A stretch of DNA of 64,000 nt, taken from an uncultured virus (IMG/VR IMGVR_UViG_3300048029_000465). Taxonomy: Duplodnaviria > Heunggongvirae > Uroviricota > Caudoviricetes > Demerecviridae. Below are positions 56,340 to 64,000 of this stretch, in pieces. Positions within the stretch are counted from its first letter, which is position 1. Every line of letters begins with the position of its first letter. The position numbers and the translations under genes were made by a program. The stretch lies in IMG/VR virus record IMGVR_UViG_3300048029_000465, one strand, 5' to 3'. A model generated the notes under the pieces. The model ran no database searches, was not told the DNA's origin, and saw only the letters and a list, made by a program, of their open reading frames with translations.

Positions 56340-59300
56340 TATAGTTCCGCTACATTAATTTCTTCTAAGAAAGTATTGCCCTGTGCATTTGCAGCGTCTC
56401 TAATCATACTAATGATATTCCCGCGCTGATTCATAAGTACATCCTCAACGCCTGCCGCATCTACTGCTGAAATATTAATTGTTGCATTTACTGGAGTACC
56501 CTGTTGGACCTCATCGTTTGGAACAATACGTCCGGGCTTTTCTGGTACGAATAACTCAGGACCTTGCTCTCCTACCATAAATGCAGTGTTTCCTCCGTTT
56601 GCACGATACTTTGCACCTGTAAACGCAGGAGTTGGAGTAAAGTTTTCTGGTCCGCCCGTACCGCGCTCACCCCGCATGTAAGCTAGTTCCCCTGCTCCTC
56701 CTTGAGACTTAGCCATATCTACAGAAGATTTTCTTTCCCCTACAGACACGCTTGTAGCGGCACCGTTACCAATGCTGCTTCCGCCTCCTTGGTAGCTCAT
56801 TCCAGATACAATAGCTAGCTGAGCAGCTCCCAAAGCAGCTATCATTGCTATAAATGGAGGCAAGAAAGGTGTGGGAACAGTAGCAGCAGCCATTGCTATA
56901 CCTGCCGCAGTATTCATTACAATCTCTGCCATTTTAAGCTTTTTCGTTATCTCAAAGTCTTTTTTCTTCATTGCTTCTTTTTTCTTTTCTAATTGAGCAA
57001 TTTTAGATAAAGACTGTTGAGATTTACCATCTCTTTTCTTTTCTGCTTCAATCTCTTTATCTATTGCAGATACTCTTTGATTTGTTTGAGCAGTTAAAAG
57101 GGAAGATACGGCTGCAATTCCTTGTGCAGCAGTAGCAAAAGCTGCTCCCATTGCTGCAGCTTTCTCTTCAGGCTTCATCTTGTTGAAGGCCTCAGATATA
57201 CTTAAACCTCCCTCAGATATTGCTTTTAGTTTATCAGGGCCTAAAGCTTCTGAAAACACACCAGCCAAATTAAATAAAGCCTGAGAAAGAGAGGCAAGAG
57301 ACTCTAGTACAGGAGAAAATATTGCTCCCTCAGGTCCTAGACTAGCCATGTCTGCTGCCGCAGAGTTTATGAACTCTTTCATTGCGGATCCCGCAGTTAT
57401 AAATCCAGCTCTTAAAGCCTCGCCCGTTCTTCTTCCAGCGTCTTCTGCCGCTGTACCTAGCTCGTTGAGTTTTTCAAACGCGGCTTCTTCTCCAAAGTTC
57501 TCTGCGAACCCTGAAAAATCAAAAGACTCTCGCGCTTTTAGTGCTTTACCGTAGTCCGAGTAAGCGGAGCCTACTTTAGCTGAGCTTGTTGCAATAGCTC
57601 CCTGTAGTCCTGCTTGAGAGGATAAAGTTGAATTAAAAGAAAACCCGTCTTGTAGTTTTTGTGTTTGAGCGTCAATTAAATCTAGTTGTTTTTGTAGCTC
57701 TCTTGTTTTTGCTTTTTGTATCTCTACATCTTTTTCTGAGGTATCTAATCCTGCTTGTATAAGTTTGGCTCTTTCTTCTTCCAATCTTTTAAGATCTTCT
57801 CTTGCAACTTGTAATTCTGTTGTAATTCCTAGCTCTGTAGCCCCTAATAACTTATAATACTCTACTTCTGCTTGAATTAAAGCTCTTCTTTGCTCAAACC
57901 TATAACGATCTGCTTTAATTCCTAACAAAGTAACATTATTATCTATTTCTATTTTTCTTTGTCCTAGAGCCTCGTACTCAGCAATAATTTCAGCTGCTGT
58001 AACACTACCTGCTTGGGCTCTAATTCCTCCAATACCCGCTGCGCTTGCTTCAAGTGCTGAAGCATCATTTTGCAAGGATACTGCGTTTCCTAAACCTGGA
58101 GGTAGCTTTTTAGCTTCTGCTCTCATTTCTGCTGCTACTCTTTCCATACGTTTTTGTTCGAGTAACAGTTGATTATCAAGGAGTCTGAATTCTAAAACGA
58201 GTCTTTCCGTTGCAAGTCTAGATTTTGTAGCTTCAATATCTTTTTGCTCTTTTGCAGCATTTTTAGCCAGTCTATACTCATCTATAGGATTCGATGTTTG
58301 TCCTCCTCTAGCTCGATCAATATCTAACTGTAACTTTAATAATCTTTGTTGTATTTGGAACTGTCTTTCTACAATAGCTGCTCGTCTTTTTGCAAAATCT
58401 AACTGTCGCTGCGCAGCTTTTATAGATGCGTTTTCAATTCTGAAATTTTCTTCCGCTGTATCTACGAGCTTGTCATTCAGCTGTCCTATTTCTCTTTTAA
58501 GTCTTGCAACTTTCTCCTGTGCATCTGCTCCGCCTTCAAGAATATTTGTATTATCAATTTCTGCTTGCAGTCCTGCAATTTTTGCTTTTAAAACTCGTCG
58601 TTCAAATTCAATTTGCTGTTGAGTAAGTTCTGCGTTTGCTGCAGATGCTTGACCTATTCTTTTAGATATTTGCTCGTACTCTTTTGCATTTAAAACAGTG
58701 TTTGCAATAATTGTATTATTTTTATCAAGTAGCTCTCCAACCTGATCTAAGTTTTCTACCCCTGCCCTTTCTATTAATTTTACTATGCTTTTACCGGCCT
58801 CGTTGTCCTTCAAAAAATCATTTAACTGCTCTTGATCGTCTTTTAATCTATTGACTTCTTTAGCCATAGATTTAACAAAATCAGTAGCAGTTTGAAATTT
58901 TGTAGGTGCTTGCCGTCCAAGCCTTGCAACTTCTGCATTAAACTGGCTTAAAATATCCGTAGCATTGTCTACAGCTTTTGTAATAGCTAATCTTTGATTA
59001 CGGGCTGTTCCTAAATCTTTAAGAATCTTATTTACATTTGCTCCAGGCTTCTCCATTTCCTTGAGTGCATCTTTAAGAAGACTAAGCTCTCCTGCAAAAT
59101 TTTCTGCCCCGTCCGGAGCAGTCTCTAAACGATTAATAGCTGTTTCTAGTGTTCGTATGCCTTTAGCTGCACTAACTTCTGCTGCCCCTGCTATTCCTTC
59201 CGATACTCTCAGTCCAAAAGTTTCTGCTCTTTTTCCAAACTGTTCCGCTTTTTCAGTGTAGTGCTCTAATTCTCTAGAAAGCCTTCTGTATGTACCACTA

Positions 59301-61291
59301 GCTTTTAAAGCTTGAGGATTCCCTTTGTATCGAGCCTCCATGTCATTTAGCTTTTTTTGAGCCTCCGCAGCTTCGTCTGAGTACTGTTTTTGTAGGCGCC
59401 GGAACTTTAAGCGAGCTTTAATACTCGAGTCAAAGTCCTCTTGGGCTTCAGCAAGTTGAGCGTCTGAAAGAGCGCGGAAAGCCGCTATTGTTTGATCAAT
59501 AATGCCTGCACCGGCTTTCATAGTTAAAAAGTTTTTTTCACCCTCTGTACGAGCAAGCGCTAAATTTCGAGAGAGTTCTAAACTTATTTCAGAAAAAGAT
59601 TTGAAACCTTTAGTAGCTTCGTCAACCGGATCAGTTTTTCCGAACCCAAGAATATCCGCCAGGTACGGTCCAATAATAGATATTACAAAGAGAAGTTGCC
59701 CAAGTACTGGAATAGCATTAAGAAGAGCTGCCCCAAACACACGCGCCGCCCCTGCTGCTCCTGTAAGTCCTGCACGAAAAGTAGCTATACGAGCTGCCCC
59801 AGCAGAAAGAGTAGTGTTATTTTTTTCTGCGGTTTTTTGGAAGGCTTTGAATTCATTTCCTGCATTTTTAAGAGCTACTTTTAACCCTCCGTAGGCACCT
59901 TGGTTTTCGATAACACCAATTGCATTTGCCGTACGTCGACCCGTCTGAGAACGTGCACGAGATACTGCACCTCCCATGTTAACGGTTGCTCTAGTGGATT
60001 CTGCAGCAATTAACTTTTCTGTTTCTAGGCGCAATGCTCGAATATCTGCTAGCTCTTTTTGTTTTGCAGCGGAAGCTTGTGCACCTTGATTTTTAAGAGC
60101 CGCGGCTCGAAGTGCTTCTGATTTTTTAAGATTATTAAGTAGTTTAGTGAGCTCTCGAACACTCATTTTACCGGCTTCGAGTTTTGGGAGTCCTGCGGAA
60201 AATGAAGCAGGAAGAGCTTTTCCAGCTACTCCAGCGAGCCTAACTACTTCTGCTTGCTGTTTCACATAAGCCGCACTAATTACTTTACCAGAACGCTTTG
60301 CAGCAGCTGCAGCAGATATATGAATTGCTGCTGCTTTTTCCGCCATTCCTGTTAATGCTGGAAAAAGCGCTCGAGTAATGCTAGCAGTAAATGCTGTTAG
60401 TGCTCCGAACAAAGCAAAAGTATTTTGAGATAAAAACTCGGCAAAAGGCCCTAAAAATGTATTTACTCCCGTAAGAATACTTTTAGCTAGATCATTAAAT
60501 GCGGCAGCTAGTTTTTCATAAGGATTAGTATCTAGTCTATTTGCTAAAGCGCCGTACTTTTTCTCTCCTTGCTCAATGGTTGCATTTAAAAACGCTTGCT
60601 GTCTTTCAAATGTAGTTAAGTCTCCTGCAACTTTACCGACAGAGGCAGCGTACTTTTCAGTAGCATCGTCAAGACGTACAATAATACCTAATTCGTCTAG
60701 AATTTCTGGTTCAAGCTTTGCAGTACCACGCACTAAACGATCAAGAGCGTCCCCAAGGTCTCTTCCAAGAGCTACTGAAGCTCCTTTTGCCACTTTTGTT
60801 AAAGACTTTAATTGATCTGTAGAAAACCCCGAAGTTGTTGCTACAGCGGTTGCTCTTAGTGCTTGTTCAGCAGAAAGAGCTCCATTAGTAATGTTTTTTA
60901 GCTGATTTGCTACATAAGGAAGATTTTGTCCTGCTTGTGAGCCCACCAACTTAAGACCGTTTGCTAATTGTTCAAAAGCGGCTGCTCTGCTGAGAGCGTT
61001 AAGAGCTGCTGTAAGGGCAAAAGCGTTAGCTGCTAAGGTTGCATAAGCAGCAACCAGACCACTGCTTCCACCCATAGTCTGGTTCATCTTTGAGAAATTT
61101 TTAGTCGCGTTAGCACCTAGACCGGCAGCTCCTTTCTCGGCTTTATTATACCGATTACGAGAGTTGGTAAGATCGTCAGTAGATTTGCCAAGCTTTTTTG
61201 TAGATTTGCTTGCAGCTTCTGCTTCTTTTTGGACCGCTTTTAGAGTTCCGTCTTTCTGTACTCTAAACTTAATAATTATGTCGTTGGCCAC
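56339..61291 (-). CDS. tail tape measure protein (T5 pb2-like)
   Basis: 1650 aa, Ala/Lys/Glu helical; GLVAAYATLAAN.F, ALGRD..DAL.RL..G..KLEPEILDELGI motif; C-terminal VGEQGPELFVP. Confidence 0.92.
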   Translation of the reverse strand: MANDIIIKFRVQKDGTLKAVQKEAEAASKSTKKLGKSTDDLTNSRNRYNKAEKGAAGLGANATKNFSKMNQTMGGSSGLVAAYATLAANAFALTAALNALSRAAAFEQLANGLKLVGSQAGQNLPYVANQLKNITNGALSAEQALRATAVATTSGFSTDQLKSLTKVAKGASVALGRDLGDALDRLVRGTAKLEPEILDELGIIVRLDDATEKYAASVGKVAGDLTTFERQQAFLNATIEQGEKKYGALANRLDTNPYEKLAAAFNDLAKSILTGVNTFLGPFAEFLSQNTFALFGALTAFTASITRALFPALTGMAEKAAAIHISAAAAAKRSGKVISAAYVKQQAEVVRLAGVAGKALPASFSAGLPKLEAGKMSVRELTKLLNNLKKSEALRAAALKNQGAQASAAKQKELADIRALRLETEKLIAAESTRATVNMGGAVSRARSQTGRRTANAIGVIENQGAYGGLKVALKNAGNEFKAFQKTAEKNNTTLSAGAARIATFRAGLTGAAGAARVFGAALLNAIPVLGQLLFVISIIGPYLADILGFGKTDPVDEATKGFKSFSEISLELSRNLALARTEGEKNFLTMKAGAGIIDQTIAAFRALSDAQLAEAQEDFDSSIKARLKFRRLQKQYSDEAAEAQKKLNDMEARYKGNPQALKASGTYRRLSRELEHYTEKAEQFGKRAETFGLRVSEGIAGAAEVSAAKGIRTLETAINRLETAPDGAENFAGELSLLKDALKEMEKPGANVNKILKDLGTARNQRLAITKAVDNATDILSQFNAEVARLGRQAPTKFQTATDFVKSMAKEVNRLKDDQEQLNDFLKDNEAGKSIVKLIERAGVENLDQVGELLDKNNTIIANTVLNAKEYEQISKRIGQASAANAELTQQQIEFERRVLKAKIAGLQAEIDNTNILEGGADAQEKVARLKREIGQLNDKLVDTAEENFRIENASIKAAQRQLDFAKRRAAIVERQFQIQQRLLKLQLDIDRARGGQTSNPIDEYRLAKNAAKEQKDIEATKSRLATERLVLEFRLLDNQLLLEQKRMERVAAEMRAEAKKLPPGLGNAVSLQNDASALEASAAGIGGIRAQAGSVTAAEIIAEYEALGQRKIEIDNNVTLLGIKADRYRFEQRRALIQAEVEYYKLLGATELGITTELQVAREDLKRLEEERAKLIQAGLDTSEKDVEIQKAKTRELQKQLDLIDAQTQKLQDGFSFNSTLSSQAGLQGAIATSSAKVGSAYSDYGKALKARESFDFSGFAENFGEEAAFEKLNELGTAAEDAGRRTGEALRAGFITAGSAMKEFINSAAADMASLGPEGAIFSPVLESLASLSQALFNLAGVFSEALGPDKLKAISEGGLSISEAFNKMKPEEKAAAMGAAFATAAQGIAAVSSLLTAQTNQRVSAIDKEIEAEKKRDGKSQQSLSKIAQLEKKKEAMKKKDFEITKKLKMAEIVMNTAAGIAMAAATVPTPFLPPFIAMIAALGAAQLAIVSGMSYQGGGSSIGNGAATSVSVGERKSSVDMAKSQGGAGELAYMRGERGTGGPENFTPTPAFTGAKYRANGGNTAFMVGEQGPELFVPEKPGRIVPNDEVQQGTPVNATINISAVDAAGVEDVLMNQRGNIISMIRDAANAQGNTFLEEINVAEL

Positions 61292-61610
61292 TAGAGTTTC
61301 TCTTAGCTTTATCCATCGCTTGCTTTAATTGCTCCGATGATTTTTTGACAGCTCTTGAGTCTAACCAATTTAAAATTTGAAGAAAAAAGTCTTTATCTTC
61401 AATTTCATAAATTTCTATGTAGTAACGTAGATTTGTATAATCTTTTCCTACATATCCTATGTCAGGGTAGACTCTGTCGCCTAACATATTGAAAGTAGCT
61501 ATTGCTACTTGTACTATTTCTGGAAAATCATCTAAATCCGGAGGTATTTCTTCCGGTATGGGGTCTCTACCTAGCTGTTCCATCATGTCTAAGTAGCGAT
61601 CCTGCGTCAT
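61269..61610 (-). CDS. tail assembly chaperone, downstream (gpT-like) part
   Basis: Directly before the tape measure; its frame stays open upstream to about 61685. Confidence 0.75.
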   Translation of the reverse strand: MTQDRYLDMMEQLGRDPIPEEIPPDLDDFPEIVQVAIATFNMLGDRVYPDIGYVGKDYTNLRYYIEIYEIEDKDFFLQILNWLDSRAVKKSSEQLKQAMDKAKRNSSGQRHNY

Positions 61611-61617
61611 TCCTGTA

Positions 61618-62070
61618 TCAAGATTCTGGTAAAGCTTCTCCAGCCTCTGAAGGGCTTGGTCCTTCTGATCCTGAACGAAAGTTGTCTAGATCGAAAACAA
61701 TTTCATTGAGCCAAGTATCAAACTCTGTAGAGTTTGAGACTAGTACTTCTGCATTTTCATCAGAGTACTCAACTTCTTTGCTAGGATCTTCTCCTTCTGC
61801 GTCGATTAGAATTAAAGTTTCAAGATGCTTAAGAGTTAAGCCCTTCCAGTTTTTCACTGTACCTTTGGTGAATTCTTTTACAAACTTTTCTTCGTCCAGC
61901 TCTTCAAGTAGTTGCCTACTTTTACGATCAAACTTTTGCGTAATGCATTTTTTACGCATCGCTGTAAGTTCTTTTCTTGATAGGTTGGCCACCTCGACTT
62001 CGAATCCGGGGCATCCAGGAAAATCCATCCATACAGATTTACTATCTACCATTAGTTTTTTTAGTTGCAT
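61618..62070 (-). CDS. tail assembly chaperone (gpG-like)
   Basis: 150 aa acidic, VKNWKGL...Y..ENA..L..NS..FD.W....DL.NFR; TAAGGAG RBS; position between tube genes and tape measure. Confidence 0.8.
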   Translation of the reverse strand: MQLKKLMVDSKSVWMDFPGCPGFEVEVANLSRKELTAMRKKCITQKFDRKSRQLLEELDEEKFVKEFTKGTVKNWKGLTLKHLETLILIDAEGEDPSKEVEYSDENAEVLVSNSTEFDTWLNEIVFDLDNFRSGSEGPSPSEAGEALPES

Positions 62071-62082
62071 TTAATGCGCTCC

Positions 62083-63660
62083 TTAAAGTGTGTTATAGTT
62101 AATAAGTGTTGATAAAGTGCCATTACTTGTAAGTCTCCAGTCAAAATGCTCCGTAAATACTGTATCAGGAGTCATTCTTGAGGTAAAAGAACAGGTATCC
62201 ATATTAAAATTAATGCCATAAAAAGAACCATTAATTGTTTCGCCCATCTTTATTAGCAAGGGTGCACTTGTATCAAAGTTTAAAAATTTTGTTCGTGAGC
62301 CATCTTTTAAATATCTTCCTATGCTTCCTGCAAAAGTTTTCTTAGAAACTGTAAATCCGGAAGGGTACATTGCACTTCCTCTATCAGAGGCATTTATTCC
62401 ACCATGAACCGTTTCGTACTTATTCCATGCTACATCATTTTCTAGTTCAGCGGACACAGTAAATACTTCCGTAGAAATATTCTCAGAATCTAAAGTTATA
62501 GTATTATCTAGGGGTTGAAGATACCGACGAGAAGAGGCTCTTGTATAATTACCTCCAGGAACGGCAAACTCTTGACTGCCTATCCTAGTTAGCTTTTCCG
62601 CTTGCCCAGAGAGTGATAACCTTAGTTCTGTAGATCGCTCGATTACAAAAGAACCATTAGTAAAAACACAATTATCTAGGTGAAACGTACTTTCGTCTGA
62701 TTGTATGTATAAATCAAAAGTTGCACAATCTAGTAATCTAGAGAATGCAATTTTATTATCGTTTTCTTGCAAAAGCGGCGTTGTAAAAGTAAAATCAGCC
62801 GGATTTGCTTTTACAATAGTTGAAGCTTCAAAAAAATCTTCGCTGTGCAAGGTTTTAACCGAAGTTGTTGCCTCAGAAAAAGTTTGCCCAAAACTTAAGT
62901 CTTGTAAAACATCTAATTCGTACCCCGCATCTGCGGTGTTTAAGTATACAGCAGTTATTTCTGCTTGCGTTAGTTCTCTGTTCCAAAGACGAAGGTCTGA
63001 TACGTGACCTTTAAATCCATTGTTTCCTTGTAGGCCGTCGTCCTCTACATTACCGCATACAGCCAGTCCTCCGGGAGTAGGGTTTGCGTCACTTCTAGTA
63101 TAGTTTTCTGTTCCTTTTGATACTCCATTTACAAAAGCTTCTATACGAGTACCATCAAAAGTAAGTAATAAATGATTCCATTGATTGGGCGTTGTAATAC
63201 CTAAATCTTCGTTTCCAGGCTCTCCAAATAGAAGTAGTGGATTATTTGCGTTACTTTGATTTATACGAACACCAAAACTTTCACTTAAATCTCTACTAAC
63301 TATTCTATTTTGGTCTCCTCCTGCAGAAGTTGTTTCGCTTTTAAACCATATAGAAAGAGTCCACTCATCATTTTCATCTTCCCAAGCATTTGCTTCTTCT
63401 CTACTTAAAACTAAAACACTAGCAGTGTTAGTAGTCGTTTGAAAACCTTTTCCGGTAGGACTTAATACTCCTGTAGTTATCTGCCCAGAATTTATTGTAT
63501 CTGTTGTATTTCCCCCGGATACTTTGTCTACTAATCCATCTGTTAAGTTTTCTAGGGTAAAGTGATGCACAAGCCCCGAAGTTGGATAGTTAGCTATGCT
63601 ACTAGAACTTGGACCATTCATTACTAAGTAAACTTTACTGTTTCTTTTAAAATTTGTCAT
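62083..63660 (-). CDS. minor tail/baseplate tube protein (T5 p140-like) with LamG-like insertion
   Basis: Start at ATG 63660 (GGAG SD, downstream of the promoter); FKRNSKVYLV...YELD...SF.QTF.E....KTLH core interrupted by WTLSIWFK...QWNHLLLTFDG...FVNG...F.G.VSDLRLWNR.LT..EI. Confidence 0.75.
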   Translation of the reverse strand: MTNFKRNSKVYLVMNGPSSSSIANYPTSGLVHHFTLENLTDGLVDKVSGGNTTDTINSGQITTGVLSPTGKGFQTTTNTASVLVLSREEANAWEDENDEWTLSIWFKSETTSAGGDQNRIVSRDLSESFGVRINQSNANNPLLLFGEPGNEDLGITTPNQWNHLLLTFDGTRIEAFVNGVSKGTENYTRSDANPTPGGLAVCGNVEDDGLQGNNGFKGHVSDLRLWNRELTQAEITAVYLNTADAGYELDVLQDLSFGQTFSEATTSVKTLHSEDFFEASTIVKANPADFTFTTPLLQENDNKIAFSRLLDCATFDLYIQSDESTFHLDNCVFTNGSFVIERSTELRLSLSGQAEKLTRIGSQEFAVPGGNYTRASSRRYLQPLDNTITLDSENISTEVFTVSAELENDVAWNKYETVHGGINASDRGSAMYPSGFTVSKKTFAGSIGRYLKDGSRTKFLNFDTSAPLLIKMGETINGSFYGINFNMDTCSFTSRMTPDTVFTEHFDWRLTSNGTLSTLINYNTL

Positions 63661-63683
63661 AGTAGCTCCAACATTTATAGACA

Positions 63684-63724
63684 AGTATACTGCACCAAGG
63701 ATGCTTTGTCAAGAATTATTTTTT
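63684..63724 (-). promoter_or_regulatory. sigma70-type promoter of the tail tip operon
   Basis: On - strand AAAAAATAATTC-TTGACA(63712-63707)-17 bp-TATACT(63689-63684). Confidence 0.82.
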
Positions 63725-63733
63725 GAAGGTAAG

Positions 63734-63755
63734 AAAAAAGGGGCCGGAGCCCCTT
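63734..63755 (-). terminator. intrinsic terminator after the upstream tail gene
   Basis: On - strand AAGGGGC-TCCG-GCCCC-TTTTTT. Confidence 0.85.
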
Positions 63756-63783
63756 CTGCTGTAAATAGTGCTAAATATTACGG

Positions 63784-64000
63784 CTATACTTCGTCTAGTG
63801 TGATAGTATCGCTATCAGTAACACTTCCTGATGTAGCAGTAGTTACTGTAGAAGCTACCGTAATAGTTCCATCTTCTGCGGTATCTGCCGCTAAAGCGAT
63901 AATGTCTGTTGCGTTGACTGTAACTACTGCACTGTTTGATAGAGCAGTTGTTGCAAAATACCTAGTAACATTTCCATTACCACTAGTAAGGTTAACATTA
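63784..64000 (-). CDS. C-terminus of the probable major tail tube protein (Ig-like tail), truncated by window edge
   Basis: Open frame NVNLTSGNGNVTRYF...TITVASTVTTATSGSVTDSDTITLDEV*; position equals T5 pb6. Confidence 0.55.
   Translation of the reverse strand, partial: NVNLTSGNGNVTRYFATTALSNSAVVTVNATDIIALAADTAEDGTITVASTVTTATSGSVTDSDTITLDEV

Noticed and set aside
36736..62074. Numerous + strand ORFs opposite the tail genes (e.g. 38404-38844, 61502-62074)
   Set aside because: Antisense shadows of long coding frames, with no RBS, promoter or recognisable motif.
63661..63684. TTG start at 63684 for the p140-like gene
   Set aside because: It overlaps the -10 box; ATG 63660 has a GGAG SD and matches the expected N-terminus.

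Overview
A 64-kb segment of a lytic T5-like siphophage (Demerecviridae-like gene order). PhoH, a compact class I RNR and the style of the fibre modules suggest an aquatic or marine phage; that is an inference. The + strand (1-20004) is the T5-type replication arm: D3 end, PC4-like SSB, split NAD ligase A/B, D5, DnaB-like helicase, primase, family A polymerase, PhoH, D10-D15, nrdA-glutaredoxin-nrdB and three paralogous small coiled-coil ORFs. It meets the - strand tail arm (20016-64000) at one hairpin. In transcription order the tail arm holds the tail tube C-terminus, a p140-like protein with a LamG insert, a tail chaperone pair, a 1650-aa tape measure, Dit, a 2960-aa hub/central fibre, a 1726-aa S74-chaperoned fibre and its tip genes. 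A separately promoted ~20-kb side-fibre operon follows and ends in four paralogous, module-shuffled beta-propeller adhesins. The strongest candidate novelties are: (1) an apparent plug-and-socket branched adhesin system, with homogenised stems, divergent heads and an exact 39-bp junction repeat; (2) a +1 frameshift at UUU-CGU joining the tail chaperones; (3) an overprinted ORF with a QLELPL clamp-like motif; (4) a promoter family whose -35 box supplies upstream stop codons. No tRNA, CRISPR, integrase, reverse transcriptase, intron or intein was seen. Family assignments come from motif recognition and synteny by eye, not database searches.
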